From: an uncultured Zetaproteobacteria bacterium
Lineage (GTDB): Bacteria > Pseudomonadota > Zetaproteobacteria > Mariprofundales > Mariprofundaceae
Assembly (NCBI GenBank): GCA_964645625.1
Contig: CAZYAI010000001.1
Location: 52,968-116,967 of the forward strand
DNA length: 64,000 nt
Direction of reading: 5' to 3'
Below, one piece after another: positions 1-8,957 of the stretch. Made by a program: the position numbers and the translations under genes. The notes under the pieces were generated by a model. It saw nothing but the letters and a program-made list of their open reading frames with translations. It was not told the origin of the DNA and made no database searches. Every line of letters begins with the position of its first letter. The stretch's first letter is position 1.

Positions 1-370
1 CACCTGAAATCCAGCCATACCCCGTACAATAATTGATCTCATCAAACACAATGAGGTCATATTCATGCGAGCGTACTTTAGCTTGGCACAGTTCCCAAAT
101 AGCGCGACTGGTTTTGATGTCCTGTTCGGGGTTCTTGGTGTCCCATGTAAAGCCATCGCCTAAGGCGTGCCACTCAATGTTATCAAACTGTGCCGCCGCT
201 TTTTGTTCGCCCGTTTTCCATTGCCCTTTGATGAACTGAATCACGCATACACGCATACCCCACGCAGCGGCACGGAACACCATGCCAAAAGCGGATGAGG
301 ACTTCCCTTTGCCATCGCCTGTATGCACCAAGGTGACACCTTGACGGTGTTCTCTACGTTTTATCGCCAT
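1..370 (-). CDS. cobO: cob(I)yrinic acid a,c-diamide adenosyltransferase (CobO/BtuR/CobA family); C-terminus lies outside the window
   Basis: Minus-strand translation from the ATG at 368-370 reads MAIKRREHRQGVTLVHTGDGKGKSSSAFGMVFRAAAWGMRVCVIQFIKGQWKTGEQKAAAQF... The GDGKGKS P-loop and overall pattern match corrinoid adenosyltransferases. The ORF runs off the window edge, so it is absent from the ORF track. It lies 4 nt downstream of the cbiA stop. Confidence 0.8.
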   Translation of the reverse strand, partial: MAIKRREHRQGVTLVHTGDGKGKSSSAFGMVFRAAAWGMRVCVIQFIKGQWKTGEQKAAAQFDNIEWHALGDGFTWDTKNPEQDIKTSRAIWELCQAKVRSHEYDLIVFDEINYCTGYGWISG

Positions 371-374
371 CTGT

Positions 375-1712
375 TTATTCCTCGCTTAGTTGTAGCCATG
401 CAGTGATGACTTCAGGAGCTGATGGAAAGTACCAATGAATATAGGAAGCACGCACGTTTTTATCATGCACGCCGCTATCGCCTCGGGTGACGTTAAATGC
501 TGCGGTTGTTGCTTCATTGCCATGCCATTCACGTCGTGAGTGGTGAAATTCATGCCCACGTATGCCGCTTGCCTCTTCGCGGTAACCAAGTCCTGCTAAT
601 TTTTTTTGCATGATGCAATCGTATGGCAACACGTTTGCCATTGGCGCGGCAGCACCATCACAGTCATACAAATGCTCGCCCAATACCATCATGCCACCAC
701 ATTCTGCCAGCACAGGCATGCCTGCGCCAATAACGCTCCGTAACGATGCCCATGTGCTTGACCGCGCCAGCGCATCGCTATGCAATTCTGGGTAGCCACC
801 AGGTAGCCACAATGCGTCGGCAGATGCTGGTACAGGGTCACCTGCCAGCGGTGAAAAATAGACGATACTCAGCCCTTGCGCTTGCAACCATTCAATGTTG
901 GCGGTGTAGATGAAGCAAAAGGCAGCATCACGAGCAATAGCAATGGTTTTTGTGCTGTGGCGGGAGGTTCTTAGTGGCGGTTGTTCATTGTTATGCGGGG
1001 GGGATTGGCAAAATAACGCAGGGGATTCGATGTGCAACGATGTGCTAAAATCAGGCAATGCTTGTTCATGTGGCTGGCACAAACCCAAGTGGCGTTCGGT
1101 GATGTTGGGGGCGTTTTTTTCCATCCACGCCAATAATGGTGGCAGTTGCTGTTGCTGAAGAAGATCGCGTAATAGGCTGGCATGGTGAGCACTGCCAACG
1201 TGATTGGCAATAATGCCAGCAATGTTGACACCCATGTTTGCCGCATGGCGCGTAAAACCATCGACCAGTGGCACGATGGAACCACTCATGCCTTTTGCTG
1301 AAACCACCAAATAGACATCTTGTTGCAATACAGCAGCAAGGTGCGCGGTGGAACCTGCACCACCGACACCGCTGGCTCCATCGAATAAGCCCATGACACC
1401 TTCAATAATCGTGATGTCGCTGTCATGCTGCTGTTGCATCAACAGATCACGGCATGCTTGTTCACCCATCATGCGGGTATCAAGGTTGTACGATGGACGG
1501 TGGCACACGGCTTGATGCCAAAAGGGGTCGAGGAAGTCTGGGCCTGCTTTGAACGGCGCGCAACGCAAACCTTGGCGACACGCAGCCTGCATCAAAGCGA
1601 GGGCGATCGTCGTTTTACCGCAACCTGATTGTGTGCCAGCAATAAGCAAAGTGCATCCTATTTGGCAACAGAGGAAGGGCATGACGTAACAAATGCCCAT
1701 GCTAGCTGGCAT
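375..1712 (-). CDS. cbiA: cobyrinate a,c-diamide synthase (CbiA/CobB family)
   Basis: 445 aa ORF with an N-terminal AGTQSGCGKTTIALALM P-loop and a C-terminal glutamine amidotransferase-like region. Operon partner of cobO and preceded by a cobalamin riboswitch. The real start may be the internal MPFL codon. Confidence 0.85.
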   Translation of the reverse strand: MPASMGICYVMPFLCCQIGCTLLIAGTQSGCGKTTIALALMQAACRQGLRCAPFKAGPDFLDPFWHQAVCHRPSYNLDTRMMGEQACRDLLMQQQHDSDITIIEGVMGLFDGASGVGGAGSTAHLAAVLQQDVYLVVSAKGMSGSIVPLVDGFTRHAANMGVNIAGIIANHVGSAHHASLLRDLLQQQQLPPLLAWMEKNAPNITERHLGLCQPHEQALPDFSTSLHIESPALFCQSPPHNNEQPPLRTSRHSTKTIAIARDAAFCFIYTANIEWLQAQGLSIVYFSPLAGDPVPASADALWLPGGYPELHSDALARSSTWASLRSVIGAGMPVLAECGGMMVLGEHLYDCDGAAAPMANVLPYDCIMQKKLAGLGYREEASGIRGHEFHHSRREWHGNEATTAAFNVTRGDSGVHDKNVRASYIHWYFPSAPEVITAWLQLSEE

Positions 1713-1749
1713 GGCATCAAAGACGACATCAAGCCCTCACCCCGGAGCT

Positions 1750-1920
1750 GTGTATTTATTGTATTAGGCCGGTATCCTGGCTGGGTCTTCATACTTTGCT
1801 GCGACCTTCCCGTGTTACCAGTGGTCATGATGCAGCATCGTCGGACGTACAGTAGCGGGGGCTGCGCCAGATTGGTGACTGGACTTCCCGTTTAACGCTT
1901 ACTCTTAAGGGGTGTGGCTT
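1750..1920 (-). promoter_or_regulatory. cobalamin (AdoCbl) riboswitch in the cbiA-cobO leader
   Basis: The minus strand reads ...TTAAACGGGAAGTCCAGTCACCAATCTGGCGCAGCCCCCGCTACTGTA...GACCACTGGTAACACGGGAAGGTCGC...GAAGACCCAGCCAGGATACCGGCC. This contains the conserved GGGAAG, GCCACTG-like and B12-box (AGCCAGGATACCGGCC) elements, in the right order and orientation upstream of cbiA. Confidence 0.8.
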
Positions 1921-1998
1921 CATTGTGTGAATCACACCCCTTAGAGCAAAGCGCACCTAATGCCTCGGCACACTAAGAAGCTGGCTTGGAATAGCAAC

Positions 1999-2163
1999 TA
2001 AGTAGGTACACAAAATTATTTTAACATTTCTAACTTGCCCATTCACGCGATCTTCTGCGTTACAAAAACGTTATATAGCGGAGCTATACGTCCGTTTTTG
2101 TGCCTTGAATATCGCGAAATGTTCGGCGTGATAAATATTAAAATAATCCCGCGCACCTACTTA
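1999..2163. repeat. 165 bp MITE-like element, copy A. Outer TIR TAAGTAGGTAC/GCACCTACTTA, inner TIR ATTATTTTAACATTT. Inverted homolog of 55916-56080.
   Basis: Reverse complement of 1999-2163 aligns along its whole length with 55916-56080: the ends are near-identical and the centre diverges. Nested terminal inverted repeats. The last 3 nt (tta, 2161-2163) are the stop codon of the minus-strand kinase gene. Confidence 0.65.
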
Positions 2164-5100
2164 TCCCATTGCTGTCAGTAATCCAGATATAAGGTGCATT
2201 AAATCGGGGATGTTGACGGGTTTTTGAATGCAAATGCCATGTTCAATGCTATCCATTGCTTGCTGTTGCGTGTCTTCACCGTGCCCAGTTTGCAAAATAA
2301 TAGGCAGAGTTGGATCGACAGCGTGAATTTCTTTGGCAGCGACGATACCGCCCATATTGGGCATAACAATATCGCTAAGCACCAAATGAATGCGCGCTCT
2401 GTTTTGCAAATAACATTTGATGGCTTGCTCACCATCGGATGCCTCCCAAACGGTGAAGCCATTGTGTTGTAATACATCGCGTAGCACTTGGCGTAAGGCT
2501 GCTTCATCGTCGACAATCAACACGCCTTTGCCATCGCCTGCTATGCGAACAATATCTTTACTCACGGTGTCCACCACATCGTTGTTGGCTTGTAACGGTA
2601 GATAAAGACTAAAGTGACTGCCTTTGCCTGGTTCGCTCTGTACATCTACCAGCCCGCGATGCTGCATCATAGCATTTTGCACCATTGCCAGCCCCAGTCC
2701 TGTGCCAACACCTGCTTCCCTTGTGGTGAAAAAAGGATCAAAAATATGCGCCAGATGTTCAGCGTTAATGCCACAACCATTGTCGATACAATGAATGGAG
2801 CACCAACCCGTATCGCTTTTGTATTCAGGTTGCTGCTCCAACAACGCACTGGCTGGCGGTTGCTGATTCAACTCCAAAATAATATGCCCATGTTCATGCT
2901 GCGCTAAGGCATGGCGGGCATTGGTGATTAGGTTGAGTACGATTTGTTGTAATTGTGTGGCATCGCCATTGACCCAATAGCTATCGCCTTGTGGTACACG
3001 CAAATCAAGGGTGATGTTTTCAGGTAGGCTGGCAGCGACGAGCTTATAGGTTTCTTTAATGAACGCATTGAGCAATAACGGCTGCATATCGGCTTGGTCG
3101 TGGCGTGCAAAGCTGAGCATTTGGCGGATCATTTTTGCACCATTGTGGGTAGCATCTTCAATGCTGGTAATGCGCTCTAATAATTTGGCATCGTCGGGGC
3201 GCATCATCCGAATGAGGTAAAAATTGCCAATGATACAGGCCAAAATATTGTTGAAATCATGTGCAATTCCGCCCACAATCATGCCTACGGCTTCCATGCG
3301 CTGGGCTTGCATCATGTTTTTTTGTAGTGATTCGTTCTTGCTAAGGTCTTCGTGAACCGCAACGTAATGGCTGATGTTCCCATCCTGATCGAATATCGGT
3401 GCAACGGACATCATAACAGGGAAGATTGTACCATCCTTTTTGCGATCCAAAATGCGCCCAGACCATGGTTTACCGCTGCTGATGACATCCCAAAAATGGG
3501 CGTAAAATGCCTTGGATTGTTGTTTGCTGTTTAGTAAACGTGGGGTTTTCCCTATCGCTTCGCTGGCATGGTAGCCTGTGTGTTCGCTAAAGGCAGGGTT
3601 TACATACACAATCACCCCTGTTGCATCGGTAATCATTACGCTTTCATGAATCGCTGTTACAGCTTGGTTAAGCAAGCGCATATGCCCTTCTTGCTGTAAT
3701 TGCGCACGCATATCCCGAACGAATCCTGCAATGAGTATGCTGCCATCTTCTTGCGGTAAGGGTACGGCTGATACATCCACATCAAAGACGGAACCATCGT
3801 GGTGATGATGGCGTGTTTGGAAGTGAACAGCACCTTGTTGTTTGATGTTCTCCATCATATGTTGCGCTTGGTTTGGCTCTAGCGCGGCTTCTATATCGTT
3901 GATGCACATCTGCAATAAACGTTCGCGATCAAAACCGCTCATGGTACAGTATGCTGGGTTTACATCGATGATTCGCCCCTGTTCGTTATGGATGATGATG
4001 CCGTCCATCGAGGCGGTTAAAATCCGTTGATTGCGTTCGGCTACTATGCGGTAAGCCTCTTCGCGTGCTTTGCGTTCGCTGATGTCACGTGAAATTGCCC
4101 TTGCGGCAACCACTTCGCCAGCAAGGTTGTATTGAGGCGTCGCTGAAATTTCTACCCACACACGTTTGCCATCGCTGGTCAGCAACACTGTTTCATGCTG
4201 GGTGACTGCTTCGCCTGCTAGCACACGCGGGAGCACGTGACGGCAATGGTCTTGGAAATCAGGGGCAATAAAGTCGAGCACACAACGCCCTACCATCGCT
4301 TCCCGATTGTACGCTAAGGTACTTAACTCAGCTTGGTTGACATCGGTAATGAAGCCTTGTGCATCGGTGATATGAATCATGTCTTGGGCATCATCAAACA
4401 AACTGCGGTAGCGCGCCTCGCTGCTCATTAACGCCGCTTGCTTGTGTCGCCGTGCGCTGATGTCTTGCCATGAACCAACCAACTCCCAAGGCTGTCCAAC
4501 TTCGTTGCGGTACAAACGGGCATGGTCATGCACCCAAATATAATGCCCATCATGGTGTCGTATGCGGTATTCTTGGTCGGATAAATCCGATGCCTGTAAG
4601 CTTTGTGCTATTGCTTCTAATACCGCTTCGCGATCATCGGGGTGGATATGAGCTTGCCACCAGTCAATTTGATAGGCCTCATGGTGGTGATAGCCTAACA
4701 TGGAGCTGGCGGCGGCGTTGACGTAGGTTAATACGAATTGTTCATCTGCTGGCTGCCATTGGCAACGGTAAAGAACAGCGGGCGAGGCATCGACAATGCG
4801 TTCCAGTTCGGATTTTTCTTTTAGCAATAATTGATGTTCCACAAGGGATTCTTCAAGGGCTTCTTGCTCCATGCGGAAGTGGCGGATGGTTTGCCCTTCT
4901 AGGCCGTGAATAACGTCAAATTGGGTAACAATCCCCAGTGGTTGCTCAGCATCATCGACGATTACCAAGCGGCGAATGCCACGTCCGCGCATGATTGTGG
5001 CTGCATCCAATAATGATGATTGATAATGCAGCGTTAGCAGTGGTGCAGTCATGACATCTTGTACACTAAGGTGTTGCATATCAGCACCTTGCGCCAACAA

Positions 5101-5655
5101 ACGAGCAGCATCACGTTCGGTGAAAATGCCGATTGCTTGACCTTCCATCATGACCACAACAGAAGAAATATGCAATGTTGCCATTTGCTCTAATGCTTGG
5201 CGTAAAGCGGTATCGGGTTTTACCGTGACTAAGTTGCGGTTCATGACCGTACTCACCTGCTTGGTGGTGAGGTAATCATCTAGTTCGGTGGCTTTGAGCA
5301 GATCGGTTAGGCTTAATAAACCCTCTAATGTGCCATCGGGGTGGGTAATGACCAAGTGACGTACTTGGTTCTCCAACAAGTACTCAAAGGCAGCATAAAT
5401 ACTTTGCTGTGTTGCGATACTTACCACAGGGGGAGATAAGTAGTCTCGCGCTGTAAGGTGATCCAGTTTGCTGCCTAAACGTGCTGCCAGTACTAAATTG
5501 GATTCGGTTAAAATACCTACGGGTTTATTATCTTCTGTTGCAACCAAGCAACTGATTTTTCGTTCTGTCATTATGCGCACAGCATCGACCAATAAGGTCT
5601 CAGGACTAATCGTCAATACGCAGCGGGTTAATACATCATTAATGGTTAATGCCAT
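2161..5655 (-). CDS. hybrid sensor histidine kinase/response regulator with tandem CBS pairs and multiple PAS domains (CBS-PAS-HisKA-HATPase_c-REC)
   Basis: 1164 aa. N-terminal CBS motifs (VGILTESNLV..., IGIFTERDAARL). Several PAS-like blocks. H-box IAHDFNNILACIIGNFYL. HATPase N/G boxes (DNGCGI, GTGLGLAMV). C-terminal receiver VLIVDDEAALRQVL...LVLSDIVMP. Confidence 0.85.
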   Translation of the reverse strand: MALTINDVLTRCVLTISPETLLVDAVRIMTERKISCLVATEDNKPVGILTESNLVLAARLGSKLDHLTARDYLSPPVVSIATQQSIYAAFEYLLENQVRHLVITHPDGTLEGLLSLTDLLKATELDDYLTTKQVSTVMNRNLVTVKPDTALRQALEQMATLHISSVVVMMEGQAIGIFTERDAARLLAQGADMQHLSVQDVMTAPLLTLHYQSSLLDAATIMRGRGIRRLVIVDDAEQPLGIVTQFDVIHGLEGQTIRHFRMEQEALEESLVEHQLLLKEKSELERIVDASPAVLYRCQWQPADEQFVLTYVNAAASSMLGYHHHEAYQIDWWQAHIHPDDREAVLEAIAQSLQASDLSDQEYRIRHHDGHYIWVHDHARLYRNEVGQPWELVGSWQDISARRHKQAALMSSEARYRSLFDDAQDMIHITDAQGFITDVNQAELSTLAYNREAMVGRCVLDFIAPDFQDHCRHVLPRVLAGEAVTQHETVLLTSDGKRVWVEISATPQYNLAGEVVAARAISRDISERKAREEAYRIVAERNQRILTASMDGIIIHNEQGRIIDVNPAYCTMSGFDRERLLQMCINDIEAALEPNQAQHMMENIKQQGAVHFQTRHHHHDGSVFDVDVSAVPLPQEDGSILIAGFVRDMRAQLQQEGHMRLLNQAVTAIHESVMITDATGVIVYVNPAFSEHTGYHASEAIGKTPRLLNSKQQSKAFYAHFWDVISSGKPWSGRILDRKKDGTIFPVMMSVAPIFDQDGNISHYVAVHEDLSKNESLQKNMMQAQRMEAVGMIVGGIAHDFNNILACIIGNFYLIRMMRPDDAKLLERITSIEDATHNGAKMIRQMLSFARHDQADMQPLLLNAFIKETYKLVAASLPENITLDLRVPQGDSYWVNGDATQLQQIVLNLITNARHALAQHEHGHIILELNQQPPASALLEQQPEYKSDTGWCSIHCIDNGCGINAEHLAHIFDPFFTTREAGVGTGLGLAMVQNAMMQHRGLVDVQSEPGKGSHFSLYLPLQANNDVVDTVSKDIVRIAGDGKGVLIVDDEAALRQVLRDVLQHNGFTVWEASDGEQAIKCYLQNRARIHLVLSDIVMPNMGGIVAAKEIHAVDPTLPIILQTGHGEDTQQQAMDSIEHGICIQKPVNIPDLMHLISGLLTAMG

Positions 5656-5875
5656 TTCTCACCTCTCTCACACAAGGACATCTTATAAGTGTGATGCAAG
5701 TTTGCAATATCATGTGGGGCATAAGTGAATGATGGTTGTTTGATGAGAAGAGTTTGTTTTTGGTGTTGCAGTTGTATAAAAACACGCTATAGTGCGCCGC
5801 CTTTTTGAGCGCGTAGGAAAGTACCGCTGAAATTCGGTTTTAACCACGTTGTTTTTTATTTTGGAGGTTTCACCC

Positions 5876-6067
5876 ATGGCCAAGCGATGCGATATTTGCG
5901 GTAAAGGTCCTATGAGCGGCAATAATGTCAGCCACGCACACAACACGACTCGCCGTCGCTTTCTGCCGAACTTACAGAAAGTTCGCGCCAAAGTCGGGGG
6001 GTCAGTAACCCAAGTAAAAGTGTGCACCAGTTGCTTGCGTTCCAACAAGGTTGAAAAAGTAGCCTAA
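5876..6067 (+). CDS. rpmB: 50S ribosomal protein L28 (Cys-containing zinc-ribbon C+ form)
   Basis: [34 protein letters not shown]... matches the L28 signature C.V.GK.P..GNN.SHA.N.T.RRF.PNL. CxxC...CxxC is present. A GGAGG RBS lies 9 nt upstream of the ATG at 5876. The listed ORF start at 5849 is an in-frame upstream extension. Confidence 0.8.
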   Translation: MAKRCDICGKGPMSGNNVSHAHNTTRRRFLPNLQKVRAKVGGSVTQVKVCTSCLRSNKVEKVA

Positions 6068-6156
6068 GATTTTGTTTGAGAATGAAGTTTCCGCAATAGC
6101 TTTTTTCGTTCTCATCTTCTAGTTAACGCACAGTCTATTAAGGACAAAGTATTCAA

Positions 6157-6181
6157 AGACCCCGCATGGGGTCTTTTTTTA
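6157..6181 (+). terminator. rho-independent terminator after rpmB
   Basis: AAAGACCCCGCATGGGGTCTTTTTTT: a GC hairpin followed by a T-run. Confidence 0.7.
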
Positions 6182-6278
6182 TGCCCTGAATTCAGCTTAC
6201 ATGTTCCATTAACAAGTATGGCTTTATGAGGTACACTAGCAACGATATGCTATCGCACTGGGTGGCCAAGTTAGGAGA

Positions 6279-8957
6279 ATGCTGATGTTAAACCGCGATC
6301 AAACCCGTCCCTTCCGTGTGCTTGTTATTGAAGATGAAAGCAGCTATTCAAGGATGATTAGCTCAACGTTAGAGGCATCGCAATATGCTTGGGCGATGAA
6401 GGTCGTGCCAACGGTCAGTGAAGCATACACGGTGTTAGACCACCAAACGGTGGATGTGATCCTGTTTGACCTGGATGCTATCGAAGTGACTAGCACGTCG
6501 AGCGGTGGTGATACGGCGTTGTTTTACCTCAAAAAGCTTCGCTTTCTTTGTGCTCCGACGACGACGATTGTGGTGCTTAGCGCGGGTGATGACCGTATGA
6601 GAAACAATGTGATGCATTATGGTGCGCAGGATTGTTTGATTAAAGGCGAACTTTCGCCCTTAACGTTGATGCATACCATGCAGCATGCGGCAGAGCGTCA
6701 GCAGTTACAGCAAGACCTTGATAGTACACAGCAACAAGTGCTGCGCACTAGCGCATTGATGAATCGTTGTATTGATAATGCTTTGGTTGGTATTTGGGAT
6801 TATGATATTCGTCGTCATACCATGTACTTATCACCGCATTGGAAGCGGATGCTCGGCTATTGCGACACTGAAGTCCCCAATGATGAAGAATGGTGGCTGA
6901 CGCTGGTTCACCCCGATGATTTGGCTGATGTACATCGCGCAATCCGTGAGCATATGGAGCAACGTACCCCTCATTTTCGTACAGAGCATCGTTTACGTCA
7001 TCATGATGGTTATTGGGTGTGGGTTTACTCTTCTGGTGCAGTGACGTGGAGTGAACATGGCACGGCACTGTATCGTAGTGGTACGACGGTGGATATTTCT
7101 GAGCGTAAGCGGCTTGAAGTGGAGCTGCAAGAAGCATTGGTCAAACTTCAGCAAGATGATAAGTTCAAGGAGCGTTTCATCTCCAGCATCAGTCATGATA
7201 TACGTACGCCGATGAATGCGATTTTAGGTTTTTCCGAGTTGCTGTTGCGCGCTGTTGAGGAGGATGATACGGATAAGTATCAGCTTCGTGAACAGTTACA
7301 ATTGATTCACAGTAACGGTGAGTTACTCAATGGGCTACTAAGCGATCTCATGGAGCTGTCGCGGTTGCGTAGCCATGATATGGTGGCAGTTAAAAAGGAT
7401 TTTCAACTCTGGACACTGTTGGAAACGTCGATTGCTGCGTTTGAATCACAAGCGAAGGAAAAAGGTTTGGACTTTCGCTTTGTGCTTGACCCTGCGGTAG
7501 CGATGCGTATCAAGAGCGATAGCGAACGATTGCGTCGTATTATTTATCATTTACTTAGCAATGCTGTGAAATATACCAACCAAGGCGATGTTGCTGTGTA
7601 TGCCACGTTTAGCCAAGGTGTGTTTGTGCTGCGGGTAGAAAACTCGGGTGCAACGCTCAGTGCTGAGCGAAAAGCGAACCTACTTCGATTATTGGCAGAG
7701 AGCGCGCCAGATAAAATCACCACGAGTATCGGTTTGTCGGTCTGTAATGGTTTGGCACGTCTTTTAGGTGGTACATTGCAGTTTGAAGATAGGGAGGGGG
7801 GAGGCTGCGTTTTTAGTTTTGTCTTGCCTGTTGACCAAGGTGCTATTATCGCTCGTATAGACGTAAAAAGTCGAGTGCTTTGCGTCAGTCAGGATCCTTT
7901 GTGTGCAGCGTTGATTCGTCATGCTGTTCATACTTGGGGAGGGCAATGCTTGTTGGCGAGTACAGCACCAGATGTGATTGCGGATGTGAATTTGGCGATT
8001 ATAGATGTGCGCGATCAGCATGGTTCGGCTGCTTTGCCAGTGATAGCGCAGGGTGTTAGTCAGGTAATGCTCTACGATGGGGTGAATCATGAGCAAGCGG
8101 TTGAATATCGCCAATTACCCCAGCAGATGACGGCATTGTCTTGGCCTATTCGTATCAGCGAGTTTTATCATCTATTAAAAGCAAGTGTGAATACGCATGT
8201 GGTTGGCGAAACCATAACGGGTACAGCGCAACTGCCGATGCATGTGTTAGTCGTTGAAGATACCGAGGTTAACCGTAAGGTGGCACGCTTGATGTTACGC
8301 AAACTGGGCGTGCAGCATACCTTTGCGGTCAATGGTCAGGAAGCCTTGGCACTGTACCAAAGCTTTCATTATGATTTTATTTTGTTGGATTTGAATTTGC
8401 CTGATATTTCGGGTAAAGAGGTTGCCGCTGGCATACGTGCTATCGAAGCAGCCAGTTGGGGGCGCAGTTTTATTTGCGCGCTCACTGCCGATGCTCGTCC
8501 AGAGTTGCAAGATGCGATTCCTGAACTGGATGAGTTCTTGACCAAACCGTTATCGACGGCGCGCCTAGGGGCTGTGTTGGATAGTAGAAATAGCATCCAA
8601 TGCGCCATTGATTCGGAGGGCTTGCATCGTACTTTATCGGTGTTGGATGACGAAGCAGAAAGTTTTATTTGTGAGGTGTTCCAACAACTTCGTAGCAGTA
8701 TCGTCAGCATGCAAGCGTTGTCGCCAGATGACGATTATGTCGCGATTTATGAGGTGAGTCATCGCTTGAAAAGTGCGGCGGCTTATATTGGAGCCATGAC
8801 CTTAAGTCATTTGTGTGAAGAGCTGTGTCGCTACACCAAGGGTGAGCCAGTAGCATTGGATGAGGTGCAACGTTGTATTACACAGCTTTGTTCCGAGGCA
8901 GTAGATGTGATGGAAGCTTTGCATCGGGAGGTTGCCCATGTTTTCAAGCAACAGTGA
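6279..8957 (+). CDS. hybrid sensor histidine kinase with N-terminal receiver, PAS, HisKA, HATPase_c, a second receiver and a C-terminal HPt domain
   Basis: 892 aa. REC (VLVIEDESS...ILFDLD). PAS (YDIRRHTMYLSPHWKRMLGY...DEEWW). H-box ISSISHDIRTPMNAILGFSELL. N/G boxes (LLSNAVKYT, GLSVCNGLARLLGG). Second REC (HVLVVEDTEVNRKVARLMLR...ILLDLNLPDISG). HPt-like HRLKSAAAYIGAMTLSHLCEELC. Confidence 0.85.
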   Translation: MLMLNRDQTRPFRVLVIEDESSYSRMISSTLEASQYAWAMKVVPTVSEAYTVLDHQTVDVILFDLDAIEVTSTSSGGDTALFYLKKLRFLCAPTTTIVVLSAGDDRMRNNVMHYGAQDCLIKGELSPLTLMHTMQHAAERQQLQQDLDSTQQQVLRTSALMNRCIDNALVGIWDYDIRRHTMYLSPHWKRMLGYCDTEVPNDEEWWLTLVHPDDLADVHRAIREHMEQRTPHFRTEHRLRHHDGYWVWVYSSGAVTWSEHGTALYRSGTTVDISERKRLEVELQEALVKLQQDDKFKERFISSISHDIRTPMNAILGFSELLLRAVEEDDTDKYQLREQLQLIHSNGELLNGLLSDLMELSRLRSHDMVAVKKDFQLWTLLETSIAAFESQAKEKGLDFRFVLDPAVAMRIKSDSERLRRIIYHLLSNAVKYTNQGDVAVYATFSQGVFVLRVENSGATLSAERKANLLRLLAESAPDKITTSIGLSVCNGLARLLGGTLQFEDREGGGCVFSFVLPVDQGAIIARIDVKSRVLCVSQDPLCAALIRHAVHTWGGQCLLASTAPDVIADVNLAIIDVRDQHGSAALPVIAQGVSQVMLYDGVNHEQAVEYRQLPQQMTALSWPIRISEFYHLLKASVNTHVVGETITGTAQLPMHVLVVEDTEVNRKVARLMLRKLGVQHTFAVNGQEALALYQSFHYDFILLDLNLPDISGKEVAAGIRAIEAASWGRSFICALTADARPELQDAIPELDEFLTKPLSTARLGAVLDSRNSIQCAIDSEGLHRTLSVLDDEAESFICEVFQQLRSSIVSMQALSPDDDYVAIYEVSHRLKSAAAYIGAMTLSHLCEELCRYTKGEPVALDEVQRCITQLCSEAVDVMEALHREVAHVFKQQ

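Noticed and set aside
386-1285. Several 60-130 aa ORFs antisense to, or out of frame within, cbiA (and similar antisense ORFs inside hisK, mutS, rne, cbbM, the giant ORF, etc.)
   Set aside because: They lie entirely within long, well-supported genes on the opposite strand or in alternative frames, and lack start context. Typical GC-driven shadow ORFs.
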